Source: a bacterium
GTDB taxonomy: Bacteria > UBA6262 > WVXT01
Direction of reading: 5' to 3'
Assembly: GCA_046759165.1 (NCBI GenBank)
Contig: JBHIBS010000003.1
Coordinates: 1-58,932 of the forward strand
Length of the DNA stretch: 58,932 nucleotides
In this document: positions 29,252 to 39,812 of the stretch, one piece after another
How positions within the stretch are numbered: the stretch's first letter is position 1
Layout: each line of letters begins with the position of its first letter
Notes under the pieces: model-generated
Seen by the model: only the letters and a program-made list of their open reading frames with translations
What the model was told of the DNA's origin: nothing
The model's database searches: none
Position numbers and translations under genes: made by a program

Positions 29252-30533
29252 GAAAATAGTCGGCCTCTTTTATCAACCTCTTAGATGTCCTCTGTCTCGA
29301 AGGAAAGGCTGCAACTTCGACCTTAACTTCATCGTGTTGTCTCTTCAAATACTTAATAAGGTCTACGAAATCGCCATCGCCACTAACAATGGTAACCACA
29401 TCGAACCTGGGAATAGTTTGGAGGATATCTATAGTAAGTCCTAAATCCCAGTTCCCCTTTCTCGAGCCATCTGGCCTCTCCAGAAGCTCCCTGAATTTTA
29501 CTTGAAAACCCAAACGCTCTAGAAGCTTTTTAAATTTAGTCTGATCCTTCTCAGGATTTTCTACCAGATAAGCGTAAGCGCCAGCCAGAAACCTCTCTTC
29601 TTTTCCGCTTCCTTTTACAATCTTATCCAGAAGTGCTTTGTAATCCAGCTTTCCTCTAAACTCTTCTTTAGCAGCATAATACAAATTCTGGGCGTCAACG
29701 AAAACCCCTACCCGCTTCAGATTCTTAAGGTTCTTGAGTTTCTCTTCCCTCAAAGTAAGTTCTTTCTCCAGTGAGGCGATTTTCAATTTAAGGAGCTCCA
29801 CCTCTTGGATCTCTTCTTCTGATTTTTCCTTTAATCTCTCAGCATCACTCAACCTCGCTTTAATGGAAGCGAGTTCGGATTTAAGTTGCCGGTTCTCCTT
29901 TTCCAGACTGTAGCACTTAGAAGACAACTCCTCAAGAGAGCTCTGCTTTTGGGAGAGTCTTGGCAGGAGCTCCTCAATTCTCCTTTCCAGCTTCTCTTTT
30001 TGATGTTTAAATTTGTCTGCTCTACTTTCCATCTCTTTTAATTTTCTCTTCACTTTTTCGCTCTCCTCAAGAGCGCTCTCGTAAAGCCCTTTCTTCTCCT
30101 TGACCATCTGCCAGTATCTATCCATAACTCTATCCTGAAGATTATCGAATATTGAATCTATAAAATCCTCCCATTGTTCTTCCGATTTGCCCAGTAATCC
30201 CCACAGAACCCAACCTATCTCCTGGTCAGAAAGACCGAGCACCTCCTTCTCTACATTTCCCTCGGATATCCCTTTCTCAAAATTGCACTTTTCATCCAAT
30301 AAATCTACCATCGATTTTGCGGAATCAAAATCGCTGAAGAATTCCTCAGTTAAGCGTATAGCAAGGACCTCGGGAGGAATTGAGCCACTCCTGTACCCAT
30401 TATGACTAATGCCAATTTTCCTGGAAATGGAGGATATCTCTTGAGGAGTCAAACAAGAAGTAATAAGAAACATAAATTCCTCAGGAGCCAGTATTTTTCT
30501 TACTCTTTCAATTCGATCCTTACCAGGTAACAT
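29214..30533 (-). CDS. NYN (LabA/DUF88-like PIN fold) domain protein with coiled coil
   Basis: C-terminal VFVDAQNLYY, KGNWDLGLTID, IVSGDGDFVDL; central heptad-rich region. Confidence 0.85.
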   Translation of the reverse strand: MLPGKDRIERVRKILAPEEFMFLITSCLTPQEISSISRKIGISHNGYRSGSIPPEVLAIRLTEEFFSDFDSAKSMVDLLDEKCNFEKGISEGNVEKEVLGLSDQEIGWVLWGLLGKSEEQWEDFIDSIFDNLQDRVMDRYWQMVKEKKGLYESALEESEKVKRKLKEMESRADKFKHQKEKLERRIEELLPRLSQKQSSLEELSSKCYSLEKENRQLKSELASIKARLSDAERLKEKSEEEIQEVELLKLKIASLEKELTLREEKLKNLKNLKRVGVFVDAQNLYYAAKEEFRGKLDYKALLDKIVKGSGKEERFLAGAYAYLVENPEKDQTKFKKLLERLGFQVKFRELLERPDGSRKGNWDLGLTIDILQTIPRFDVVTIVSGDGDFVDLIKYLKRQHDEVKVEVAAFPSRQRTSKRLIKEADYFHELGEDVVIKED

Positions 30534-30546
30534 TTCCCTACAAAAT

Positions 30547-31839
30547 CTAATCCTTTCCCTTTAACGCCGTTCTCAAAAAGTCAAGTGCACTTGCCACCGT
30601 GCTTTCCTTGACTTCTCTCCTTTGACCACTAAAGCGAAATTCCCTACATATCTCAACACCCCTTTCAGGCCACACCAGAGCTATGTAGATCAAGCCCACC
30701 GGTTTCTTAGCAGTCCCCCCGGTGGGTCCGGCAATCCCAGTAGTACCCAAGCCTATATCCGTTCCACTAATTCTCTGTGCTCCTCTTGCCATTTCCAATG
30801 CTGTCTCTCTGGAAACAGCGCCAAATTCGTTTAGAGTTTCGTCTTTAACCCCCAAAATTCTCACTTTCGCTTCGTTATTGTAGGCCACGATTCCCTCTTT
30901 AAAATATAGCGAACTCCCAGCAACATCAGTAATTCGATCGCCAATTAATCCACCAGTACAAGATTCAGCCACTGCCAGGGTCAATCTGTTCCTAAGAAGT
31001 AAACCACCCACCACACTTTCTAAAGTATCTTCATCTTGCCCGTAAATATAGTCTCCCAAACAGTCGTAGATTTCCTGCCTCGCCTTGTGAAGCATTTCAT
31101 CAACAAGTAACCCGTTCTCCCCTTCCCCTGAAATCTCTACATCTATAGTTGTAAGATGGGCTAATATAGAAAACCTCAAAATTCCACCTTCCATCCTCTG
31201 TTCAATTTCTACCACTCCTTTAATCTTCTCATAAACGGAAGACTCCGTGAGCCCGCAAATATGGAGAACACATTTCTTCAATATTTTTCGCTCATACCTC
31301 TCCTTGAGATATGGCAACACAACCTCCTCAACCATCGGTCTCATCTCCCGAGGAGGTCCGGGTAACATAATTATGCTCACTTTTTGAACTTTCGATTTCG
31401 AACGGGTCTTAGTTCTCCTTTCCACGACCATTCCGGGAGCGGTGCCAACCTTATTGGGAATGACTCTAGCACTTTCAATGATATAAGCCTGCCTTTCGTT
31501 CTCTTTCGGCATCTCCAGATCCCTCTTTGCAAAATGGCCAGCAATCTGGTGCATCACTTGCCGATCAAAGATCAGTTTCTTCTTTAAGACCCTAGCCATA
31601 GCCTCTCGGGTCAAATCGTCAAATGTTGGACCCAACCCACCAGTGGTGATTATAATATCAGACCTATTTAAAGCCTCGCGAAGGACGCTCTCAATCTTTT
31701 CTCGATCATCACCAACCGTAGTCTCCCTCTCTATGGTTAATCCGATGCTGTCTAGCTTCTCACCCAAGAAAGCAATATCAGTATTAATCTTCCCTTTCAA
31801 TAGCTCCGTACCAACGGAGACCAGTTCCACTTTCATCAC
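30547..31839 (-). CDS. cinA: Competence/damage-inducible protein A (with NMN deamidase domain)
   Basis: VGTELLKG, TGGLGPTFDDLT, LPGPPREM, AESCTGG, TGIAGPTGG. Confidence 0.93.
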   Translation of the reverse strand: MMKVELVSVGTELLKGKINTDIAFLGEKLDSIGLTIERETTVGDDREKIESVLREALNRSDIIITTGGLGPTFDDLTREAMARVLKKKLIFDRQVMHQIAGHFAKRDLEMPKENERQAYIIESARVIPNKVGTAPGMVVERRTKTRSKSKVQKVSIIMLPGPPREMRPMVEEVVLPYLKERYERKILKKCVLHICGLTESSVYEKIKGVVEIEQRMEGGILRFSILAHLTTIDVEISGEGENGLLVDEMLHKARQEIYDCLGDYIYGQDEDTLESVVGGLLLRNRLTLAVAESCTGGLIGDRITDVAGSSLYFKEGIVAYNNEAKVRILGVKDETLNEFGAVSRETALEMARGAQRISGTDIGLGTTGIAGPTGGTAKKPVGLIYIALVWPERGVEICREFRFSGQRREVKESTVASALDFLRTALKGKD

Positions 31840-31950
31840 CCATCCCCTTATAGAAAATGGTCAATTAACGCTGCCACTTTATAGATAGAAACTCAAGACG
31901 GAACCTGTACCGCACGCTTGACACTCCAATTTGAGTAGTAGAACGGATTC

Positions 31951-32010
31951 AAAAAATAGTTTGTCAAGAGCTTTTGGAATTTTAGCCAAAAAATGAGGAC
32001 AACACATTCC
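31951..32010. repeat. Dispersed 60-bp intergenic repeat, copy 1
   Basis: 48/60 ungapped identity to 58751-58810. Confidence 0.65.
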
Positions 32011-32289
32011 CATAATGCGAGGAAATTGGTGTAGCAACCATTAGAATTCTTAGCCAAAAATTGAAGAAGAGAGTTTAGCCGAAACTGATCGCACGGAATT
32101 TCGGTAAATTCCTGAGACTTTCGCGGTGGTCGAAGACCAAAAAATTCTCAGCGAGTGAACCAAATCCCGACCATATCCTCCTCAGCGATGAACAAACTGT
32201 CTTTAAACCCGAGCTTCTTTGGGTTCCTACTAGTCCCAGGCGTGCCATTTTAGAATTTGGAAATTGCGAGCTTCAAATTAAGCCGTCTT

Positions 32290-32841
32290 CTATTCCATCA
32301 TCACTTTGCCTGTTTCCACATCAATAATCTTTATCTCCACTTCACCATCGGTCTCTTCAACTAACGCCACTGTGGGATTCTCCTTGGGCAAAGAGGGACT
32401 GCCCGGATTTAAAAATACCACGTCCCCCTCTCTTGCTAATTTCGGTCGGTGTGTATGACCCGAGACAAAAATATTGGCGCCCCATCTCTTAGCAAGGTCA
32501 ACCTTTTCCTCATCAGTCAGTTTATCGCCATGGTTCACTACAATCCGGAGGGAGCCCAGCTGAAGTAAAGCAAACGGGCTCTGCAAGGGAAAATTCACCA
32601 CAGAATCATCAACGTCTGAATCACAATTTCCCCGCACCACTACCAGGGGAATTTCCAACCCATTCATCTCCTGGACTAATTCCCCGGGAGCGAAACCCTC
32701 AGGCATGGGATTCCTGGGACCGTAATTGAATAGATCTCCGGCGTGAATAATCATATCCACATCAGGAAAAATTTCTTCCATTACTTTCCGCCAACCCACC
32801 AAATCACCATGTGTATCTGCCATAACGCCAATCTTCACCAT
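32290..32841 (-). CDS. YfcE/MJ0936-family metallophosphoesterase
   Basis: DTHG, HAGDL, RGNCD, HG, GHTHRP, NPGS motifs. Confidence 0.9.
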   Translation of the reverse strand: MVKIGVMADTHGDLVGWRKVMEEIFPDVDMIIHAGDLFNYGPRNPMPEGFAPGELVQEMNGLEIPLVVVRGNCDSDVDDSVVNFPLQSPFALLQLGSLRIVVNHGDKLTDEEKVDLAKRWGANIFVSGHTHRPKLAREGDVVFLNPGSPSLPKENPTVALVEETDGEVEIKIIDVETGKVMME

Positions 32842-32922
32842 TTGCCTCCTTTAGCCTGGCAAATGCCAATCTTCCCTACTTCTAATCAAAAATCTATTTG
32901 CTCTTATGTTTCCTTTCATAAT

Positions 32923-33681
32923 TTACACGTTTTGTTCTTCTAATTCCTGTATTCTATCTCGCAGCTGAGCTGCCCTCTCATAATTTTCCTCTTCAATAGC
33001 CTCCTGAAGCTTTTTCTGAAGTTTCTCCTTTTCGGAAATGGGCCTCTCCCCGAGAATCTCCTTTGCCATCCCTCTTAAAAGACCTAAAGACCTTCCCTTT
33101 TCATCAGTAAAAGTTGCGTTCTCCATATCCGGAAGAGAATCGATCGCTCTAATTCCCTCTTCGATCTTTCTCAAGGCCTCCCCATATTCCTTTCTTTCCA
33201 GATGGGCAAGTCCCTTCCCCAGTGCGTTCATTCTTATTATGTACGGTCGATACTGCTCAAGAGCCAGTTTGTCTTCCTCATCGATTGCATATTTCTTCAC
33301 AAAATCGAAATATTCAATATTCCGCTGAGTATCTCTGGCCACTCTTTCATAATCCTTTAACTGAAAAAATAGAACGTAACGAAAGTAATATAATAGCCCT
33401 TCTTCATATAATGTTGAGCAGTCCTCTCTTGTGAGACCAAACCCCTCATCGGTTCCATTCCTCCTCTTATAAACTTCAACTTTTGCCCTATAATACTCCA
33501 AAAGCGACTCTTTGCCATAGGGTCTTTTGCCGTCAGGCCTTCCGTCTACCTCGAACTGCTCAATTCCCAAGGGCAATCTAATCTGAATTTTCTCTTTATT
33601 GTGATTTCCTTTTATTTTTCTTATATTATTTAGCGGGTCATATTCCCACGTCTTGAGAATTTCACTGATGTCGTAAGGCAT
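32923..33681 (-). CDS. UvrB/UvrC-motif containing protein
   Basis: C-terminal LQEAIEEENYERAAQLRDRI UVR motif; GRPDGKRPYG. Confidence 0.75.
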   Translation of the reverse strand: MPYDISEILKTWEYDPLNNIRKIKGNHNKEKIQIRLPLGIEQFEVDGRPDGKRPYGKESLLEYYRAKVEVYKRRNGTDEGFGLTREDCSTLYEEGLLYYFRYVLFFQLKDYERVARDTQRNIEYFDFVKKYAIDEEDKLALEQYRPYIIRMNALGKGLAHLERKEYGEALRKIEEGIRAIDSLPDMENATFTDEKGRSLGLLRGMAKEILGERPISEKEKLQKKLQEAIEEENYERAAQLRDRIQELEEQNV

Positions 33682-33705
33682 TTTTTTCTCCTTTTCTTTA
33701 AGATT

Positions 33706-35001
33706 TTATTTTTTCAAATATAAACTGCTCTGTCTCATTGCGCAGAACTCACCGCACATCGTGCAAACTCGGGCATCTTTTGGCTTCGATTTCTTTCTCT
33801 CCTGCCTGAATTTCTTAGGATTTATGGAAAATCTTTCTTGTCTTTTCCAATTAAGTGACTTTCTTGCTTTGGATATTTGAATATCCCAATTTAATGCTCC
33901 CTTTACTCCCTTGGCCACATCGGCCGCATGGGCAGCAATCCTGGTAGCAATTACCCCTTCGGTTACATCGTTCACATCAGGGAGGCGAATGTGCTCTGCA
34001 GGAGTAACATAACACAGGAAATCGGCCCCTGAGGCAGCAGCAACCGCCCCACCGATAGCACAAGCAATATGGTCGTATCCTGGTGCAACATCGGTCACCA
34101 AAGGACCCAAAAGATAAAAGGGCGCGCCTCCACACAGACTCTTTTCCAATAAAACATTGGCTTCAATCTGATTTAAAGGAACATGTCCAGGTCCTTCTAT
34201 CATCACCTGAACATTCCTCTCCCTTGCCATTCTTGCCAGTTCTCCGAGAACAGAAAGCTCTGCAATCTGCACTTCATCTGTGGCATCAGCAAGGCATCCC
34301 GGCCTGAGCCCGTCTCCCAGGCTCAAAGTCACATCATACTTATAGGCGATATCCAGGAGCCTGTCGAATTGTTCGTATAGGGGATTCTCTCCATTATTGT
34401 CCATTATCCACTGTGCCAGAAACACTCCACCCCTACTAACGATCCCCGTAATCCTTCCGCTTCTCCTTAAAGTCTCGACAATTCTCTGGGTAACCCCGCA
34501 GTGAACTGTCATAAAGTCGACTCCCTCTTTAGCCTGTTGTTCAATTATACGAAAGATAACTTTTACATCCATTTTGCCAATTTTCTCACCTTTGTAAACA
34601 GTCTCGCATGCAGCTTGATAGATTGGCACAGTCCCTACAGGCAAAATGGAGCGTTCGAGCACCATACTTCTCATCTTTCCAATATTCCCTCCTGTGGAGA
34701 GGTCCATTACGCTATCTGCTCCAGCTTCAATGGCTGCATCCAACTTGCTCTTCTCTTCCACCACGCTGACTCTATCCGGAGAAGAACCGATGTTGGCGTT
34801 CACCTTTGTCCTTAATCCTTTTCCTATTCCTATTATTCGTAATTTATTCCCTTGGCGGCGGTTTACATTACAGGGAATAACCACTGTCCCTTCAGCAATA
34901 CAGGAACGGAGATATTCTGGAGTTAAGCGCTCATCAGCAGCAACTTTTCTCATTTCACGTGTAATTTTTTTCTTTTTAGCCCATTCTAATTGTGTCATCA
35001 A
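33706..35001 (-). CDS. thiC: Phosphomethylpyrimidine synthase
   Basis: TKVNANIGSS, MDLSTGG, GIVSRGG, EGPGHVP, CTMCGEFC. Confidence 0.97.
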   Translation of the reverse strand: MMTQLEWAKKKKITREMRKVAADERLTPEYLRSCIAEGTVVIPCNVNRRQGNKLRIIGIGKGLRTKVNANIGSSPDRVSVVEEKSKLDAAIEAGADSVMDLSTGGNIGKMRSMVLERSILPVGTVPIYQAACETVYKGEKIGKMDVKVIFRIIEQQAKEGVDFMTVHCGVTQRIVETLRRSGRITGIVSRGGVFLAQWIMDNNGENPLYEQFDRLLDIAYKYDVTLSLGDGLRPGCLADATDEVQIAELSVLGELARMARERNVQVMIEGPGHVPLNQIEANVLLEKSLCGGAPFYLLGPLVTDVAPGYDHIACAIGGAVAAASGADFLCYVTPAEHIRLPDVNDVTEGVIATRIAAHAADVAKGVKGALNWDIQISKARKSLNWKRQERFSINPKKFRQERKKSKPKDARVCTMCGEFCAMRQSSLYLKK

Positions 35002-35002
35002 T

Positions 35003-35719
35003 TTAACCCTTTGCCTGTTTAATTCTTCTGCGCATCTCTGTTGCAGCTTTTCTCACATTTTTAGCACTGAATACAGCATGGATAACAGCCACTCTTTCGG
35101 CACCTGCACGGATAACTTCTCCGACATTCTCTTGGTCAATCCCACCAATGGCAAAAAAGGGTATCTTCACCTTCTTTCTTACTTGACGAATCGAGTTGAG
35201 CCCTATTGGCTTTAAGTCAGGCTTGGAAGATGTGTGGAAGATCGGCCCGATACTAATATAATCGGCACCTTCTTTCTCTGCTTTAATAGCTTCCTTTAAA
35301 CTGTGGGTAGAAACACCTATGAAACGAGTGACAGGACGCCCCTTGGGAAGAGGACCACCTTTTTGTAGCTTCCGCTTCTGGCCTCTTTCATATATTGAAG
35401 CTCCTGCTACCTCCCACCTCAAGAGTCTCCTGACTAATGTTAAAGGCATATCTTGCTGGCCAAGATGGACTCCATCAGCCCCCAGAGCTAGAGCAACATC
35501 TGGCCGATCATTAACTACCATGGGCAAGTGGTGGCTACTGGCAATTTCTCTCAATTTTTGTCCAATCTCGATTGTCTTCCTATCCATCCAGTCTTTTACC
35601 CTGAGCTGAACCATATCGGCTCCACCCGAGATGGCTTCCTCAGCCATCTCCAGGTAATCCATATCCGACCTAGCATAAAGGATAACGTATAATTCCACAT
35701 CCTGCAAATTCTTGACCAT
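35003..35719 (-). CDS. thiE: Thiamine-phosphate synthase
   Basis: VQLRVK, NDRPDVA, GVHLGQQD, GVSTHS, FAIGGI. Confidence 0.93.
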   Translation of the reverse strand: MVKNLQDVELYVILYARSDMDYLEMAEEAISGGADMVQLRVKDWMDRKTIEIGQKLREIASSHHLPMVVNDRPDVALALGADGVHLGQQDMPLTLVRRLLRWEVAGASIYERGQKRKLQKGGPLPKGRPVTRFIGVSTHSLKEAIKAEKEGADYISIGPIFHTSSKPDLKPIGLNSIRQVRKKVKIPFFAIGGIDQENVGEVIRAGAERVAVIHAVFSAKNVRKAATEMRRRIKQAKG

Positions 35720-35742
35720 AGGCGAGCTACCCTCTCACTACT

Positions 35743-36567
35743 CTAAAATTTCTGCAAGAAACCCACCTCAAAACCTCTCTCCTTTACTTTCACCAAAGGA
35801 GATATCCCTGTTTTTTCCTTTTTATTTTGACTGACTACTGCCCTTCCCACCAGAGTACCAATAATAGCACCCAGAGCTACATCCGAAGTCCAATGTTTAT
35901 TATGGTAAACTCGCGAGAGTGCCGTAAGGCTGGCAATTGTATAAGCACTTATATCGACCAGGAGATTATCATACTCTGAAGCTATAACCGAAGCTAAAGA
36001 AAAAGCTACGGTCGCATGGCCGGAAGGAAGGGATAACTTGGAATTGTCAAATGTTGGTCCGTAGAATTTCCCGCTACCTTCCTCACGATATGGTCTACTC
36101 CTTCCCACAAGAACTTTAAGGCTTGAACATATAAGTCCTGAAAAAATAAAAGATTCCAAAGCTGAAACCGCTGTCTCTTGAGATTTCTCATCATTGAAAA
36201 TTTTACCAACCAAATAGAACGTCGCAGCGATAGAAACAGTTGCTCTTCCATCCCCAAACTGTTTTGAGAAGGCGAATATTTCATCCCAACCATTAGTGTT
36301 GAAATCCTGGACTGAACACCTGATCTCTTCATCCAGGGCCATCAATCCACAAGTGCCGATAAGAATTGCTGAGAGTGGAAGAATATCAGACTTGCCTAAT
36401 CTGAGAGGACTGGTAAAGATATATTTGAAATCCCTGCCAAATCGAGAAAATATATTTCTTTCCTCGGAAGCAAAGACAGGCCCGGCTCGGGAGAAAAAGG
36501 AAAGAACAAAAATTGAAAGAACTATACTGGCCCAATTCTTCTTCAATTCTCCCCTTTCGAGGCTCAA
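35743..36567 (-). CDS. PAP2-family phosphatase
   Basis: KVLVGRSRP, PSGHA, SRVYHNKHWTSDV. Confidence 0.88.
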   Translation of the reverse strand: MSLERGELKKNWASIVLSIFVLSFFSRAGPVFASEERNIFSRFGRDFKYIFTSPLRLGKSDILPLSAILIGTCGLMALDEEIRCSVQDFNTNGWDEIFAFSKQFGDGRATVSIAATFYLVGKIFNDEKSQETAVSALESFIFSGLICSSLKVLVGRSRPYREEGSGKFYGPTFDNSKLSLPSGHATVAFSLASVIASEYDNLLVDISAYTIASLTALSRVYHNKHWTSDVALGAIIGTLVGRAVVSQNKKEKTGISPLVKVKERGFEVGFLQKF

Positions 36568-36576
36568 GCCAACCCT

Positions 36577-36999
36577 CTAAGAAATGCGAGTAAATATCTC
36601 CTTTTCTGCCCCGTAAATCTTAAATCTGATTTTCTTTAACCTGTCTCCCGCATCCGTTGAAATAAGTCTAGAGAACTCTTCCAGAACTCTTATTCCCTCT
36701 TCTACCCTCCTGAAATTTGCAAAAATGATATTCTTGAGATTACTCCTCCTTCCTTCTTTAACGGTCAGTCCCACATCCTTTTCAGGCTCCCTAGACTTTA
36801 CTAATTGAGGGTAGACATTGCTAGTGATTTTACTCAAATTATGCCTAATATTTTTTAGCTTTTTAGATAACTCCCTATCGTTATATAAAAAACGGGCCAC
36901 GTCCTCAATGACACGTAACCCCTCTCTTGCTCTGTTTAAATTAGCGTCCAAAAGTCTATATTTATTTTGCATCTTCAAAGTAAGAGAATTTTTCCGCAC
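36577..36999 (-). CDS. ThiD2-like domain (N-terminal domain of cyanobacterial-type ThiE), stand-alone
   Basis: RLLDANLNRAREGLRVIEDVARF...ANFRRVEEGIRVLEEF. Confidence 0.8.
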   Translation of the reverse strand: MRKNSLTLKMQNKYRLLDANLNRAREGLRVIEDVARFLYNDRELSKKLKNIRHNLSKITSNVYPQLVKSREPEKDVGLTVKEGRRSNLKNIIFANFRRVEEGIRVLEEFSRLISTDAGDRLKKIRFKIYGAEKEIFTRIS

Positions 37000-37037
37000 G
37001 AATCAGAAAGCTATCCTTACCTTTTAGCATGTGCACC

Positions 37038-38387
37038 TTATCCCTGTTTAAATATTCTTTCCTGAATAAAACTGGTGTTGACTTCCCCCCTTCTGTAAAA
37101 CTCATCAGACATGACTATGGTATGGAAAGGAATAGTAGTCTTTACTCCCTCAATAACAAATTCACCGAGAGCCCTCTCCATGCGAGCGATGGCCTCCTGC
37201 CTGTTGCCTCCAATCACGATTAACTTCGCAATCATTGAATCGTAGAAGGGCAGGATGTTGTAACCTGGATAAATGCCCGTATCTACTCTCACCCCGGGTC
37301 CGCCCGGCAGAATATAATTAGAAATCACACCTGAAGAGGGCAAGAAATCTTTATCAGGGTCCTCAGCATTTATCCGACATTCAATAGCCTTTCCATAAAT
37401 TTTAATGTCATCCGGCTCGAGATTTAACTTCTCTCCCGCAGCCAACCTGATCTGCATCTTAACCAAGTCCACCCCGGAAACAAGTTCGGTCACGGGATGT
37501 TCTACCTGAATCCTTGTGTTCATCTCCATAAAATAGAAGTTCCCGTTGTTTTCCAACAAGAATTCCACCGTGCCCACAGTAGTATAATTTACCGCTTTAG
37601 CAGCCTTAACAGCCGCGTGTCCCATCTTGCGTCGCAATTTCGAGTTAACCGCAGGAGAGGGCGATTCTTCGATCAACTTTTGATGGCGACGCTGTATTGA
37701 ACAATCCCTCTCTGGCAAGTAAATAATATTGCCTTTCTCGTCCCCCAGAATCTGGAACTCAACATGCCTTGGTTCGGGAATATACTTCTCCAGATATACT
37801 TCTTCCTTGCCAAAAGATGCTTTAGCCTCACTCTGGCAGGTCATCACTGCATTCTTTAAACCTTCTTCGTTCTGGACAATGCGCATTCCTTTGCCACCAC
37901 CGCCAGCAGACGCTTTTATTACTATGGGGTATTTAATCTTTTTTGCCAATTTCAGAGCATCGTCTATCTTGGAAATAGTCCCCCGACTACCGGGAATAAT
38001 AGGCACCCCTGCTTTTTCCATTGCCTTTCTCGCTTTGCACTTATCTCCCATCTTCAAGATTACTTCCTTGGATGGTCCAATAAAAGTAATATTACAGGAT
38101 TTGCAAACCTCTGCAAAATAGGTGTTCTCTGCCAAAAATCCATATCCAGGATGGATAGCATCAGCGCCAGTAATTTCTGCAGCACTAATGATATTAGGGA
38201 TATTAAGATAACTCTCGTCCGAAGGTCCAGGTCCAATGCAGACGCTCTCATCAGAAAACCTCGCATGCAAGGAGTCAGTATCTGCCTCTGAGTGGACCGC
38301 TACTGTCTTTATCCCCATTTCCCGACAAGCGCGAATTATCCTCAATGCAATCTCACCCCGGTTAGCTATTAAAATCTTTTTGAACAT
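37038..38387 (-). CDS. accC: Acetyl-CoA carboxylase biotin carboxylase
   Basis: [43 protein letters not shown]. Confidence 0.97.
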   Translation of the reverse strand: MFKKILIANRGEIALRIIRACREMGIKTVAVHSEADTDSLHARFSDESVCIGPGPSDESYLNIPNIISAAEITGADAIHPGYGFLAENTYFAEVCKSCNITFIGPSKEVILKMGDKCKARKAMEKAGVPIIPGSRGTISKIDDALKLAKKIKYPIVIKASAGGGGKGMRIVQNEEGLKNAVMTCQSEAKASFGKEEVYLEKYIPEPRHVEFQILGDEKGNIIYLPERDCSIQRRHQKLIEESPSPAVNSKLRRKMGHAAVKAAKAVNYTTVGTVEFLLENNGNFYFMEMNTRIQVEHPVTELVSGVDLVKMQIRLAAGEKLNLEPDDIKIYGKAIECRINAEDPDKDFLPSSGVISNYILPGGPGVRVDTGIYPGYNILPFYDSMIAKLIVIGGNRQEAIARMERALGEFVIEGVKTTIPFHTIVMSDEFYRRGEVNTSFIQERIFKQG

Positions 38388-38410
38388 TAAACCTTCCTCC
38401 AGTTGAAGAT

Positions 38411-38572
38411 TTACCCCGTTAGATTCATTTTATCTCACGGAGCATGTCCAAAATCCGTTAGAAATCAAGAATTTCTAAATGTGGTAAGCATTCTAACAGG
38501 GTTTACTCTCGTTAGAAATTCCATTTCTAAAGGGGCCCACGCAAAGGATATAGCAAAATTTCTAACGGGTTT
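38411..38572. repeat. Cluster of CCGTTAGA(AAT)...(ATT)TCTAAC(G)GG inverted-repeat elements
   Basis: Several GTTAGAAAT and TTCTAAC arms between accB and accC. Confidence 0.65.
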
Positions 38573-39150
38573 TATTTATGCTTTTTCTTTGGGCTCTTAG
38601 ATACCTCCTCTTCTTCATAATAAGGGTCTATCAAGAACATATCCTGACCATACTCAACCGGGTGGCCGTTCTCGACCAAAATTTTAACTACTTTTCCCCC
38701 TTTATCAGCAGAGATCTCCCTCATAATCTTCATAGCCTCAATAACGCATATCTTTTGTCCGGGCTTGATGACATCTTTAACCTTAACCAGAGGAGGTTGA
38801 CCTTCAGAAAGTGAATTATAAAAAGTTCCCACCATGCGAGATTTAATTGTGGTATACTTTTCTAAAAAGGGTAAGGTTTCTTCTTTAATTTTCTGGGAAA
38901 TCTCTTCTGAGGTCTTGAGGCTGGGAGGAGGAGTTTCACCGGAGTTTTCAGAAGCACTTACTTTCTTTTCTGCTAATTCTTTTTCTTCATCTAAATTAGG
39001 AACCCCTCTTTTAAAACTTATCTTCGTTCCGTTCTTTTCCCATAGAAGCTCTGTAATATCGGCATCTTTTATAAGGTTGACAAATTCTCTTATCTCCAAT
39101 AGCTCTTTTGTCTTCTTATTACTGCTATTTTTGCTCTTCTTCTTTCGCAT
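38572..39150 (-). CDS. accB: Biotin carboxyl carrier protein
   Basis: MVGTFY, IEAMKIM biotinylation motif, VEYGQ. Confidence 0.92.
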   Translation of the reverse strand: MRKKKSKNSSNKKTKELLEIREFVNLIKDADITELLWEKNGTKISFKRGVPNLDEEKELAEKKVSASENSGETPPPSLKTSEEISQKIKEETLPFLEKYTTIKSRMVGTFYNSLSEGQPPLVKVKDVIKPGQKICVIEAMKIMREISADKGGKVVKILVENGHPVEYGQDMFLIDPYYEEEEVSKSPKKKHK

Positions 39151-39245
39151 AATCCCCCCTCAGAAACTTTTTGATGCCTTACCCATCAAACTGTTAACAA
39201 ATAAATAGCCACTCTAGCCAGTGGCCAGAAAAATTCTGTTTGAAT

Positions 39246-39803
39246 TTATACTCTCTCGATGTATTTCCCAGTTTGTGTGTCCACTTTAATTGTATCACCG
39301 GTATTGATAAATAGAGGCACCTGCACCTTTGCACCTGTCTCCACTACAGCCGGCTTGGTCACATTAGTAACAGTATCGCCTTTCTTTCCTGGCTCCGTAT
39401 ACGCAACCCTAAGTTCTACAGAGTTTGGCATTTCTACCCCAATTATCGCACCTTTATGTATAAGAACCCCCACCTCCATATTCTCTTTTAGAAACTGTGT
39501 ACCCTCACCTAACTCTTTTTCCGTAAAGGGAATCTGTTCAAAAGTTTCCATGTCCATAAAGTAGTAATTCTTCCCATCCCTATATAAATATTGGTTTTTT
39601 GTTCTTTCCAGGACAGCCTTTTCAAACCTATCCTCAGGACGAAAAGTCTTTTCCATAATCCGTCCTGTGGCGATGTTCTTCAATTTTGTCCTCACCATAG
39701 CTCCGCCCTTGCCGGGCTTATGGTGCTGGAACCAGATAACACTGAACACCTCACCGTTAAGTTCAATATTAATCCCGTTCCTAAGGTCAGTAGCTAAAAT
39801 CAT
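39246..39803 (-). CDS. efp: Elongation factor P
   Basis: HKPGKGGA, GDT, VPLFINTGD. Confidence 0.97.
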   Translation of the reverse strand: MILATDLRNGINIELNGEVFSVIWFQHHKPGKGGAMVRTKLKNIATGRIMEKTFRPEDRFEKAVLERTKNQYLYRDGKNYYFMDMETFEQIPFTEKELGEGTQFLKENMEVGVLIHKGAIIGVEMPNSVELRVAYTEPGKKGDTVTNVTKPAVVETGAKVQVPLFINTGDTIKVDTQTGKYIERV

Positions 39804-39812
39804 ATACTAAAT

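Noticed and set aside
35720-37037. TPP riboswitch for the thi genes
   Set aside because: Intergenic gaps too short and no TPP consensus seen
38403-38600. 65-aa ORF
   Set aside because: Translation of the palindromic repeat cluster
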